DNA of 63,925 nucleotides, filler included, from Ministeria vibrans ATCC 50519 (taxonomy: Eukaryota > Protista > Filasterea): the NCBI GenBank assembly GCA_943704425.1. It is 12 parts of 12 records of this genome, joined end to end, with 100 filler letters (N's around TTAATTAATTAA, not from the genome) between each part and the next. Parts side by side here need not be neighbours in the genome. Positions count along the whole stretch, not along the records: positions 1 to 31,827 come from CALSCP010001788.1; 11 more parts are not named here. One strand, 5' to 3'. A model generated the notes under the pieces. That model saw only the letters and a list, made by a program, of their open reading frames with translations. It ran no database searches and was not told the DNA's origin. Within the stretch, counting starts at the first letter, position 1, and the number at the start of each line of letters is the position of its first letter. Of the stretch, positions 1 to 10,999 are shown one piece after another. A program made the position numbers and the translations under genes.

Positions 1-54
1 TTTTTTTTTTTTTTTTTTTTTTTTTGTTCTTCTTTGCTTTGCGTAATCTCTCAC

Positions 55-258
55 CAATTTTGCCAACGACGTCTGCAATCTCGGCCCAGAAAGTGTCCAC
101 AACCTGGTTGAGTTTGGTCAGCGCAAAGACTTGGACATTGGCGTCGGGCTCGTCCAAGAGGGCGATGATGCCAGCTAGAGCGGAAACGAAGGGCGCTTAG
201 TGCACGCCTGCAGGCCGCATCCATCATCACACAACGTACCTGCACTGGTGAGTGCCAT
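55..258 (-). CDS. PSMD1: 26S proteasome regulatory subunit Rpn2, N-terminal two exons (truncated by window start)
   Basis: Spliced translation MALTSA|AGIIALLDEPDANVQVFALTKLNQVVDTFWAEIADVVGKI matches the conserved Rpn2/PSMD1 N-terminus; GT..AG intron ~176-239. Confidence 0.9.
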
Positions 259-566
259 AGTATCAGAAGTAATAAAACTAATCTTTTAAGTTTTAACTGA
301 TCAAAAATTAAACTACGGCACCTCGTACCGTCGTACGGCATGCGCGGCTAGTAAAGTCACACTAGGCAAAAGATAAAGACCTAGTCGAAGTCCGAAGAGA
401 AGAACCGAGCACTCAGCACAGTCGCAACATCGCCACGACAGAATTATTAGTCAGCAGAACCAAATAGATTCAAGGAGTTCAAAGAAAAGACGTACATTAG
501 GAATTACTCATCTCTATTAAGATTTAAGTGAGTCTATTTATTTTATTATCTTTGTCTTCCCACTCA

Positions 567-2147
567 ATGTCAAGAAGGGACACCTCTGCAGCAAGGGAAC
601 GTCGACGTGCCCTTGGGTATGTTAAACTTAAATATGACAAGCAAGAAACAATGTTTTTTTTTTTTTTTTTTTTTTTTTTTGAAAGTGGGCGCGAAACGAC
701 CCGTCGACCATTTAACGCACCTCCCGCGCCTCCTGTGCGCGCCTCTGCAAGCCGTTCGCCTGCAAGCCGTTCGCGTACACCCGCCACAGCAGTGACTCCG
801 CTGCAATCGACGAGCAGTGGCACAAAGCGCACTGTTGTCGAGCGCGACGAACCACTCGCAATTGGCCAACGGGACGAAACACACGAGCGGGAGAGCGCTG
901 AGAGCGAGCGCAGTGATGAGGAGGAGTCGGATGATGGAGGAGTGGTGTCGTTGAAGCGCCGATCACCAGCACAACACCAAAGTTCTAAGCGCCAACGAGT
1001 TCAGTACGACATTGAGAGCAGCGACGACGATGTGTCCGATTCCGAGTCGAGTCGGCGAGGCGGCGGCGGCGGCGGCGACGCGTCCTCGAGTGTCTCTCGA
1101 GACTACGGCTACCAGTACAGACCGCAGCCACGTCCGCACGTTCGCATTGCCGACGTCCAAGAGATTTTGCAACAAGTCAATCCGTTGGGCAGCGAAGGCA
1201 ATCGTCAGGTTGCCTCTGGCAACGGCCGACTGCGCGACAGTAACAGCGTCTATTACTGGCGTGTGCAAGGCGATCGAGCACTTGCATTGTCACGACGAGC
1301 ACACCAGTTGTTGGCGGAGGCAGCAAGCGGCGCCAACAACGATGGTACGCCCGTCGACTTTACCCCCACCGATGACGACCCGGACCGCGATCTGCTCGAC
1401 TCCATCCATCGCATGGACACCAAGTCGCGCTTTGATTTGCGGTCAACGGACGGTCGCACGCGAACCATGCGCAGCGTCACACCCGTCGACGTGGTGTTGT
1501 GCCATGCCCTCGACATGTGTGCCGGCTACGAGCGCGCCCAAATCTACGTCGAGGATTCCGATGTGGTCGTCAAGGCGCTCGCTGACCTCTCCAATGACTT
1601 GGAAGTTGCCCTTACCGATGAGGTACGCACCGCACGCGTGCAAAACAAAAACAAATAAGAAAAAATAATCAAAAAAATTTTTTGTAGATTTGCGTGCTCG
1701 AGGAGGTAATGGCAATGGTGTCGGCGAACGACAAGGGAAACACATTCCGGACGAGCCTCGAGCACTGTTTGCTGGCGAACAAGGAGCGCCATACGGTTAA
1801 GCAACTCGAGTATGCGCGTAAGACAGCTCAACGCGACCGTCTGCGTGCCCAGCTGCGTGACGTCGAGGCCGCCAGTGCCCTTGTCAAAGACATTCGCGCC
1901 GACCACTCTGCAGCATCCGTCACGACCCCCCGTCGAAAGAAGGCTGCTATGCCACACAAATCTCTTTCCCAACCTAAACCTCTGGTATGTGTCAAATAAC
2001 TTGAGACCTTTGTTTCTTATTCTTCTCATGTAGGATCAACTGAAAAGTCTGAGTTGCGTTGCGGCCACGGCCGTCTCGCATGTCGCCTACCTCAAGCGGA
2101 CCAATGCGCAGTTGCGGAAGTTGTTGATGGTCGTCAAAAGCAAGTAA
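567..2147 (+). CDS. Protein with low-complexity N-terminus and coiled-coil C-terminus; probable divergent CENP-U/Ame1-like kinetochore protein (4 exons)
   Basis: Exons ~567-617, ~687-1622, ~1689-1985, ~2034-2147; acidic/Ser-rich N half; motifs VTPVDVVL...DSDVVVKALADL...AASALVKDIR...YLKRTNAQLRKLL resemble the CENP-U C-terminal domain. Confidence 0.5.
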
Positions 2148-2289
2148 AAAGAAAAAAAAAACAAGAGCTGCAATGGTACGTCACAACACAGACTTGTATG
2201 GCGCACCTGCCGTTGAGAAGCGGTTTTTAAGAATAAACATGTAAATCTATTTTCCATACAACAAATAAATTGCGACGAGAAATATTAAA

Positions 2290-2377
2290 AAAATATAAAA
2301 TAATTATAATAATTATTATTATTATAATAATTATATCGATAAGTTAACATAATAATAATTATTTATTATTATTAATA

Positions 2378-2426
<49 letters not shown>

Positions 2427-2500
2427 GAATACAACCCATTTATTAATAATAATAATAAAGAGATTCATTACAATAAAATATGTAATAATAAAGAGAAAAA

Positions 2501-2578
<78 letters not shown>

Positions 2579-2595
2579 TATTATTATATTATATA
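2290..2595. repeat. (TAA)n/(TTA)n microsatellite tract containing a short fragment of the dispersed element's tail
   Basis: Long TAA then TTA runs; aagaatacaacccatttattaat at ~2424-2446. Confidence 0.9.
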
Positions 2596-2780
2596 TTGCG
2601 ATTGCTTCACTGGATAGCGTCGACACAGCACTATGACCCGCCACTGTTCTCCCATGTTACCTCTAGAGATTCGGCTCATTGGCTGAGTTTGCAAGGCGGT
2701 CTGGCTGTGTCTTCGCGTGGTGACTGTATCATTAATAAATGGGTTGTATTCTTCTTCTTCTTATTATTATTATTATTTTA
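2596..2780 (+). mobile_element. Truncated copy of dispersed repeat family A, ending ...gtgactgtatcattaataaatgggttgtattcttcttcttc(tta)n
   Basis: Near-identical to the reverse complement of 8870-9025 and 29660-29805. Confidence 0.85.
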
Positions 2781-3107
2781 ATAAGTGAATTGATGACTTG
2801 GGGTTCTCTGTTAGTCTGTCATGCTACCAGTCTGCCAGACACTCTGCCTAGTCGTCTGTCTACTGTCTAGACTCTAGTCTTCCAGCTTCCTACTTCCTAG
2901 TCTGCCTAGTAAGAGTGACTGTGTGAGTAAGTGAATTTCGGTTTTGATCGTCTTTGAAAGGATCTTTTTTTAAATTATGCTGATCATTCTATTTTTCTTT
3001 TTTTTTGATAAGCCAAAAGAAAAGAAAGAAAAGAAAAATATAAACGACATCTGTGAGCAACGCAACGCGCAGGAGAGGCCCCTGAATTGAAACTAGTGTG
3101 GAAGGAA

Positions 3108-4231
3108 ATGTCCGACGAAGAGAGAGATGACGCATTGAGTTCGTCAATGGCAACGACAGAACTTTCAAATACAACTGGCACAACCGTCGACGAGAGCGCC
3201 GTGGCACCCGCTGCACATGTGGGGGCAAGTGAAAGTGGTGGCGGTGGCAGCGGCGACACGGCACCAAACGACGAAGACGTTGTGGCGCACGACGAAAAGG
3301 GAAATGTTGCAAACTTGAACGACAATGGAGTCGAAAGGGTCGCGGAAGCGGACACGGGTGCGGCTGCGACGTCTACAGAGGCGCCAGGCACGGAGGATGC
3401 AGCGACGACGCCATCGACCGCGGACGGGGCAGTCGCTGAACAGCCAGAGCAAGCGACAGACATTGTCAAGACTGCCGAGACGCCGTCCGCCGCAGAACCG
3501 CCCGCAGGAGGGGCGCCAGCATCGACAGCAGCGAGCGCCGCTGCTGCATCCGCGGACGACACAGAGTTGATTCAGCCGCTGCGCAAGCGGACACCTGCCG
3601 ACTTTACGTTTGGCGAGGAGCTGGGCGTCGGCTCGTTCTCGACTGTGCTGCTGGCGACGGAAAAGGAGACGGGTCGACAGTTTGCCGTCAAGGTGCTTGA
3701 AAAGAGACACATTATCAAGGAGAAGAAGATCAAGTATGTCAACTCAGAGAAGGCCGTTCTGAACAAGATCAGCCATCCCTTCTTTGTCAAGCTCTACTAC
3801 ACTTTTCAGGTGAGAACGAAAACAAAAAGAGTTTTTTTTTTTCTTTTTTTTTTCCCGATTCTATCAACAAAGCAAAATTGAACAACCAAGCGCCAATGGA
3901 TTTTTTTTTCTTCTTCTTTTTTTTTACTCTTGAGTGGTGACAGGTATATTGTTCAACATTATAACACTTGTGAAATTTTGTAGGATCCGCAAAAACTGTA
4001 CTTTGTGCTGACATACTGCTCGCGAGGGGAGGTACTTTCACACCTGGTGCGGCTGAAGGCTTTCTCGTTGTCGTGCACGCGGCACTACGCGGCGGAGCTG
4101 ACGGCGGGCCTTGAGTACATGCACGGCCTGGGTATCATCCACCGTGACCTCAAGCCGGAGAACATTCTTTTCCACGACGACTGGCACATTCGCGTATGAT
4201 GTTTTTGTATTGTTTTATTTTAATCATTATT

Positions 4232-4262
<31 letters not shown>

Positions 4263-5858
4263 ATTTGGTGCTGTATTATTTTCTTTTGATTGTTTTGCCT
4301 TATGTACTTGTTTGTGCATGTTTATATTGTTCAGATTACGGACTTCGGAACGGCAAAGATCCTGGAGCCGTCTGGGAATTTACGAGGAGAGAGAAGCAAC
4401 TCGTTTGTGGGCACCGCCGAATATGTGTCACCCGAACTGCTGACAGAGAAAACAGCAACACAGGTATCAATGAATGAGAAAGGCGGGCGTATTTTGGCAG
4501 ACGAGATGCCACGCATATAGCACATGACTTGGAATCGTGTACTCGACAACTCACAGCAGGCGCGTTCCCTACTACACTATCCAATGGGTTGCACTGACTC
4601 ACAGCACGCATTTTACTGACGTGCGTTCTGACTCCACTCACTTGCTCACATTCACAAAAACAACACGGGATTGCTCTGCCATTGTTTTCACTTCACTTAC
4701 TCACTCATACTCACACTCACGCAGGCTTCCGACTTGTGGGCACTCGGCTGCATTGTGTACCAGTTTCTGGTGGGCAAACCTCCCTTCAAGGGTGGAAATG
4801 AGTATCAGACTTTTCAAAAGATCACCAAACTCCAGTACGAGTTTCCCGAAGGATTCCCCGCCGAAGCAAATGACCTTGTCAACCGCTTGCTGGTACACAA
4901 ACAAACATATACAAAAGCGGGACTTTATTATTTTATTATTATGGTTTCTTCTCCTGTACAGGTGCTGGATGTGGGAAGTCGAGTGGGCAGCGAAGCAAGC
5001 GGCGGGTACGAAGCACTCAGGAACCATGCGTTCTTTTCGGGAATCGACTGGGAAGGACTCGCCACGAGTACTCCTCCCGAACTGGCGCCGCCGGAGAAAA
5101 TGCTCGAGATACGCGCGGCGGGCACTGTGCAGGGTCACGGTCTCATGGGGCTGCAGCAAGTGCCCGAGGGCGGCGGTGAACTCTCTGCCATGGGCGGCTC
5201 CGACGAGTCCGACGACGAAGGACCCGCTAGCGGAGCTGGCTCGACCAACGTGTCGCGACGGACATCCGCTGCTGTCGGCGTCGCCAACAGCGTGAGCTCG
5301 GCAACTATGGCAGCGCACGGTGTCACACCCATGGACTTGACCTTGGCGAGTGCAGCAGCGGGCGTCGAGACACCCCGTCCCGCTAGCAACATGGGCACCA
5401 ATGGTACAGGTATGACTGCTGCCAGTGGTGGTGGCAGTACGAGTGCAGCGACAGCCGAGTCGGCGGCCGCCAACGCAGCGGATCTCCTGAGATGGCAGCA
5501 ATTTGTGGAGCCGCCGGAGCAGGTGCTCAAGGCGGGCATGGTGCTAAAGCGCAAGGGACTCTCTACCAAGCGCCGCATGCTGCTTCTCTCGGACTTGCCG
5601 CGTCTACAGTACATTGATGTCGACAAGATGGTGGTTAAGGGCGAAATCCCTTGGAGTCTGTCTCTGCGCGCCGAGGCCAAAGGCAACCGCCCCTTTCTCA
5701 TTCACACGGTATGAAAGACTCGGATGGAGGTGAATCATCATTGCTAATGAATGTTTCTTCTTCTACCGTAGCACAACCGCACGTACAACATGGAGGACGT
5801 CCATAACGGCGCCAAAGGCTGGTGCGACGCCATCAATGCGTTGGTAGCCAGAAAATGA
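3108..5858 (+). CDS. PDPK1: 3-phosphoinositide-dependent protein kinase 1 (kinase plus C-terminal PH domain), multi-exon
   Basis: [62 protein letters not shown] domain [14 protein letters not shown]...KGEIPW. Confidence 0.95.
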
Positions 5859-6380
5859 AACTCCTATATTATTAATTTTGATGCTTTAACGAGCAAAAAA
5901 GCTCAGCTGATGTCAAATCTGCTGTTAAGTAACTCTCTTTCTCACACTATATGCCAGTCATGCAAAGGTGCATGTATTTTAGGGGGTTTTTTTTGGTTCT
6001 CCCCTGGCTGTGGAGTTTGGGAGAGAAATTAATAAGTTGGCCTGTCCACAGCTTCAGCTATAAAATACTCTGTATCTCCCAAGCGTATCGTCGTACACAC
6101 CTCTAACCCAATCATTTTTGTCAGTTGCAAACCATGCACACGCCATTAATAGTAGTTTACATCACCCGTGTACTTTTGATCTTCTTTCTTTCTTATTACA
6201 TTTGTATAAAAAAGGTCTGCGCAGTTTTAACTTAATTGTTTTAATAATTTTCAAAGATACAGAAAGATGAGAGAATAGTGCCGGCAACCAGGCCCAAGGC
6301 AGTGGGGAAATGTGTGTGTGTGTGAAAAGGAGGAGGTGGTATAATAATAATCAAAAAATAGTATTGATAATGGGGAAAAC

Positions 6381-7847
6381 TTAGAGGTCAGCCACGTAGT
6401 CTGCGTCATCGTCGTCATCGTCGTCGTCGTGCGAGCTGCTCCCAACAGATGATCGCGAGCTGCGCTTGGATGACGTCTGGCGGTGGCGGCGAGTGTGAGC
6501 CGAGAGGTGGTCTGAGCGAGAAAAGGCCTTGCTACAGACGGAGCACTTGAAGGGCCGCGCACCAGAGTGCTTGCGTTTGTGACGCGTCAACTCGTCCGAG
6601 CGCGTGAAAGACTGCGTGCAATTGGAATAGGGACAGAAGTAGGGTCGTTCACCAGTGTGGACACGCATGTGCGCAACCAGATGCGAACGCTTCTTGTATG
6701 TCTTTGTGCAGCCGTCGTGCGTGCAGGCAAAGGCACGCTCGTCAATCAAGAGCGAACCGGACGAGGACACTGTGGCAGGTTCAGTGGTGGTGGTGGTGGT
6801 GGTGGTGATCGGAGCGGGGCAAAGGGGCATGGAGGGCGCAAAGACAGGGAAGGTGGTCGAGTAGGAGAGAGGTGCGTCTATTTGTTGTTGTTGATGTTGT
6901 TGGTGGTGCTGGAAATGTGCAGCAGGGTAGTCATGGGCGCTCGGGGGAGATCCAATGGAGATGGGTCTTGGTTCAAACGCAGCAGTAAGGAGGGCGGAGG
7001 GAGGAGACTGCGTAAAGACAAGAGGTGCCTCGTCGCTGATGGGCGACGGCCGGTTGTCTTCGTCGATAATGTCACTGGGACAAAGAGTGCGAGCGGACAG
7101 ATCGGAGTCGTTGGACCATTCGAGGTACTCGGGCATGGGTTCGTACTCGTGGTCGGTAATGCTTTGAAGAACACGATCGGTATTGTTGTCGTCGAGGCCG
7201 TGGAGTTCGAGGGCGGCGGTAAGCAGGGAGACAATTCCACTGCGCTTTGGGAGGCCCCCTGTGTGCTCACGCATGTGGTGGGCGTCGTCCGAGGCGCTGC
7301 CCATGTCCGTGCTGTGCATACTCTCGGTGCCGTCACTGCTGACGTTGCTTGATCGACGAAAGCCCTCAAGCAACGCCTTGTTGGCGTCGCTGTTGCTGTC
7401 GTGGCTGTTGAGAGTTGTGGTGGTGTCGCTGTTGACACTGTCGGGGTGCTCGCCGCCTGAGCACGACTCGTCTCGCTCCGAATCGTTTGCATCGCAGTCT
7501 TCGGGTGCGGACCAACCGTTGTCGGAACTAGAGAGGGTCTCGGCACTGCTGCGACGGTAAAACTGCGCGTGCTGATGAACTTGGTCGTGATCGTCACGGA
7601 CGCCCACCAAGTGCCCGGTGCATCGGCGCGCACACTCCGACTCGTCTCCCGACGACCCCAATTCTTCGTCTCCGCTGCAATACTGCCCCAACTGACAACG
7701 CTTGTCGGGTTGCGACTCCAGCTTGATCAGCGCGCGGCTTGCTCGCCGCTTGCGATTGATGGCAAGGCGAGGGCTTGCCCCTGCGATCGTCACATTCTTT
7801 TCGACAAACGACTCAAGCAATGCATTCACAAACAACGTGTCGGCCAT
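6381..7847 (-). CDS. Kruppel-like factor / Sp-family transcription factor with three C-terminal C2H2 fingers
   Basis: [28 protein letters not shown] / [18 protein letters not shown] / [18 protein letters not shown] is the KLF signature; single ORF of 488 aa. Confidence 0.93.
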   Translation of the reverse strand: MADTLFVNALLESFVEKNVTIAGASPRLAINRKRRASRALIKLESQPDKRCQLGQYCSGDEELGSSGDESECARRCTGHLVGVRDDHDQVHQHAQFYRRSSAETLSSSDNGWSAPEDCDANDSERDESCSGGEHPDSVNSDTTTTLNSHDSNSDANKALLEGFRRSSNVSSDGTESMHSTDMGSASDDAHHMREHTGGLPKRSGIVSLLTAALELHGLDDNNTDRVLQSITDHEYEPMPEYLEWSNDSDLSARTLCPSDIIDEDNRPSPISDEAPLVFTQSPPSALLTAAFEPRPISIGSPPSAHDYPAAHFQHHQQHQQQQIDAPLSYSTTFPVFAPSMPLCPAPITTTTTTTTEPATVSSSGSLLIDERAFACTHDGCTKTYKKRSHLVAHMRVHTGERPYFCPYSNCTQSFTRSDELTRHKRKHSGARPFKCSVCSKAFSRSDHLSAHTRRHRQTSSKRSSRSSVGSSSHDDDDDDDDADYVADL

Positions 7848-8518
7848 AGTAGACTACTATACTGATTGAAGTCGATGAAGAGAAGTCCAACAAGAAGGGG
7901 GAAAAGAGTGTCAGACTGTCAGAATTCTCACAAAATGCATTTTGGAATAATTCCGAGTTTTTTTTTTTTCTTTCACAGCAAAAGAAATATTTTTGGAACG
8001 TCAACAATGAATTTTTTATTTACGAAACAGCGACAAACAATGTGTAGGAGCGCCACTCGTGAGCGGCGCGCTCGGTCCCATGTAGACTGTAGATATACTG
8101 TAGCTGTCGCGGCCGTGGGGCGATGGGAAGGGGCGTAGAGCGGCGCAGGGGCAGCACACTCGCAAACCACAATATTCACATAAGTATAAATTATTTATAC
8201 TAATAATTATGTACTCATTATGTATCCCAGGTTTTTACACACTATGGAATACACTCGTACGCTGTCATTCATGTCAAGCGCCACTAGTCGCCAATTATTT
8301 CTCGCTCAGTCGCCCTTCGTTTATCCGTCAAGACCGTCATCGACTATCGTATTTTACGATCATTGGATACCATAAGGGTCGACTTTCTCCTTTGAAAATG
8401 ATTTCAATTTATACAATACGTTTTACGAGCAATCGAGCATATAACACTAAAAACCTGTGCGAAGGGTCAAGGGTGTCGGATCAGTGGCTCTGCTGGAGGA
8501 TTTATACGTATCTTGAGC

Positions 8519-8587
<69 letters not shown>

Positions 8588-8774
8588 TACTATGTCCTTC
8601 GTACAGTTGTTATGTACACACAAAAATAATTGTAATAAAAATAACAATTAATTATATTTTCTTTCCCGGTCGCTGAGCCGAACGAAATATATTCTAGCGT
8701 GCTCTTCTCACCAAGAAGGCTCGCTACCACCACAGCGTCTGTGTCTGCCAGCAAATTACCTGCCATGACCATTC

Positions 8775-9570
8775 ATAAATAAATAGAAGAAGAAGAATAC
8801 AACCCATTTATTAATGATTCATAAATAAATAGAAGAAGAAGAATACAACCCATTTATAAATAAATAGAAGAAGAAGAATACAACCCATTTATTAATGATA
8901 CAGTCACCACGCGAAGACACAGCCAGACCGCCTTGCAAACTCGACCGAAACTCTAGAGGTAACATGGGAGAACAGTGGCAGGTCATAGTGCTGTGTCGAC
9001 GCTATCCAGTGAGGCAATCGCAATGGTACGCCATACCCCCAGAGGAGGCTTAGGGCTCTGACACCATGAAGGTGTCTGTCGGCAAGGAGTGTAAAGTCGA
9101 AGTCGTGGTTGAGGCAATCGGATCGGTGGTCGGCGGCGGCAAGTCCAGGTGGCTGCGGGGCGCTCCCGTGGTACACAGGCGGGGCGGGTCGGCTGTAGGG
9201 CGGCTGGTGTGCTTGTTGTCGTGACTGTGTGTTAGATTATGAGGATAGATNNNNNNNNNNNNNNNNNNNNNGACGAGGGGTTCGGAAGGGTGAGTCAATG
9301 GGTGGCGTTGACGGCGACGATGAAGCATTTGTACATCTCCCCCAGGGGATGAAGTGCTTCATAGTGCGTGTCATTGGTCGCGCGCAATGCCTCGGCAAGG
9401 GTCTTGCCGACCAGTGAGTCGTGTCGGTGTCGGTACACCGCTGGGTGAGCACAGTGGAGCAGGAAGTGTTATAAATAAATAGAAGAAGAAGAAGAATACA
9501 ACTCATTTATTAATGATAGTCACCACGCGAAGACACAGCCAGACCGCCTTGCAAACTCAACCGAAACTCA
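8775..9570 (-). mobile_element. Repeat family A copy with triplicated tail at the left end and a partial second copy in tandem at the right end
   Basis: ataaataaatagaagaagaagaatacaacccatttat occurs x3 at 8775-8895; body 8895-9450 similar to 29670-30246; tail plus ~60 bp of body recurs at 9470-9570. Confidence 0.85.
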
Positions 9571-10346
9571 AAACGCCGAATCAGAGTGATGAGAAGAGGA
9601 TATTAATTTACAGACGTATCGTACCGTTCAATGAGAGGGAAAGTAGGCGGTGCCACTGAGTGACAGAGCAAGAGCTCAAGTCCTACAGAGCCCATTGCGT
9701 TTTCGTCGAGGGCAAGTTACTTGAGCATTGTCATACAGCCACGAATGTTGGGCAACGGGCAACGAGGCAGACACCGCGCCACCAAGCGCATTCCCATCCA
9801 AGTCGAGGGACTGAAGCAGAAACCAAAATAATTCAAAACACTTCCATTCACTTTCTCACCTTAGAGCCACAGGAGTTTCAGTTTCACAGTTTTCTCTCAG
9901 TGCAAACGCAAGTGAAACACCTCCCTTTGTCCCGAGTTCCTGCCGTTGCATGGTTAACTTGGAAGAATGGGAGCGCAGGGAGCGTATCAGAAAGGAGGCG
10001 GGCACAGCGCCCAAGGGTCGTCGACACTAATTGTCTTATTCAGTCCACTTCATGAACGCAAGTGCCAACTGATTCTACACAACGTCATTTGAACTACGAG
10101 TTCCATCGATCTGTGGTCGTTAGGTGTACCGGAGGAGGTGTTGTATTTGTTGTCACGGCACTTCCAAACACTCGTGAGGTCATCGTGAGAGGACAACAAT
10201 ATCATGTGGAATAGTATTATAACAAGCATAATTATTGACATTAAAAAAGTGTTCATAACTCATAATACATAATATATATATATATATATATAATTCTTTA
10301 GGTTTGTTTGGTTTATAATAACAACAGTATTCATTGTTCGTGCTCG

Positions 10347-10958
10347 CTACATCAAAAGACAGTGACAGCCGGGGCGGGCGGCGTGAGCAGTGCGTTTCTT
10401 CATGCGTTCCACGGCCACACGGTCGGGGTGATTAACTGGCAACTTGACCGTCAGAATGTCGGACGCTTTGCAAAAGTAGGCGTACGCCTGTGAAGTATCG
10501 CGTTGCTTGAAGTGCAGCAAACCCACATTGAAATAGCTTGATGCAACGCTTGGGTGATCAAATCCCATTTTGGACACCTGCAACAAACATAAAAACCCCA
10601 GTATGAAAAACCCCTTTTCATTTTCTTCTGTGGATGCGTTGCGTTACCTTGATAGATATCGCTCGCTCGTACAGCGGCATCGCGCTTTCAAAGTTACCCT
10701 GATTGGTGTAGAGGGCGGCCATGTTGCCTAACGTAGTCGATACCTCTGGATGCTCGGGTCCCAGCTTGGCCTCCTGCACCGCCAACGCCTGCTCGTACAG
10801 CTCCAGTGCTTGCTCCGGCTTGCCCATATTCTCATACACAGAAGCCTAAAGAAAAAGAGAGAGAGGAGATAGAAAAAGTAAGGAAGGAAAAAGAAGCAGC
10901 GTGAAAAGAGAAAAGAGAAAGAAAGAAACGAGAAAAAGAATACAAAGTCACAGAAAAA

Positions 10959-10999
<41 letters not shown>

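Noticed and set aside
2785-2935. TGATGA box and CTAG/GTCT-rich tract suggesting a C/D snoRNA
   Set aside because: No convincing D box or terminal stem; more likely low-complexity promoter DNA upstream of PDPK1.
8209-8676. 155-aa ORF with a poly-Leu 'transmembrane' run
   Set aside because: The poly-Leu is a translated (TTA)n microsatellite.
8775-8895. Three ~35-45 bp direct repeats that superficially resemble a CRISPR array
   Set aside because: No unique spacers, no cas genes and a eukaryotic context; they are reiterated tails of repeat family A.
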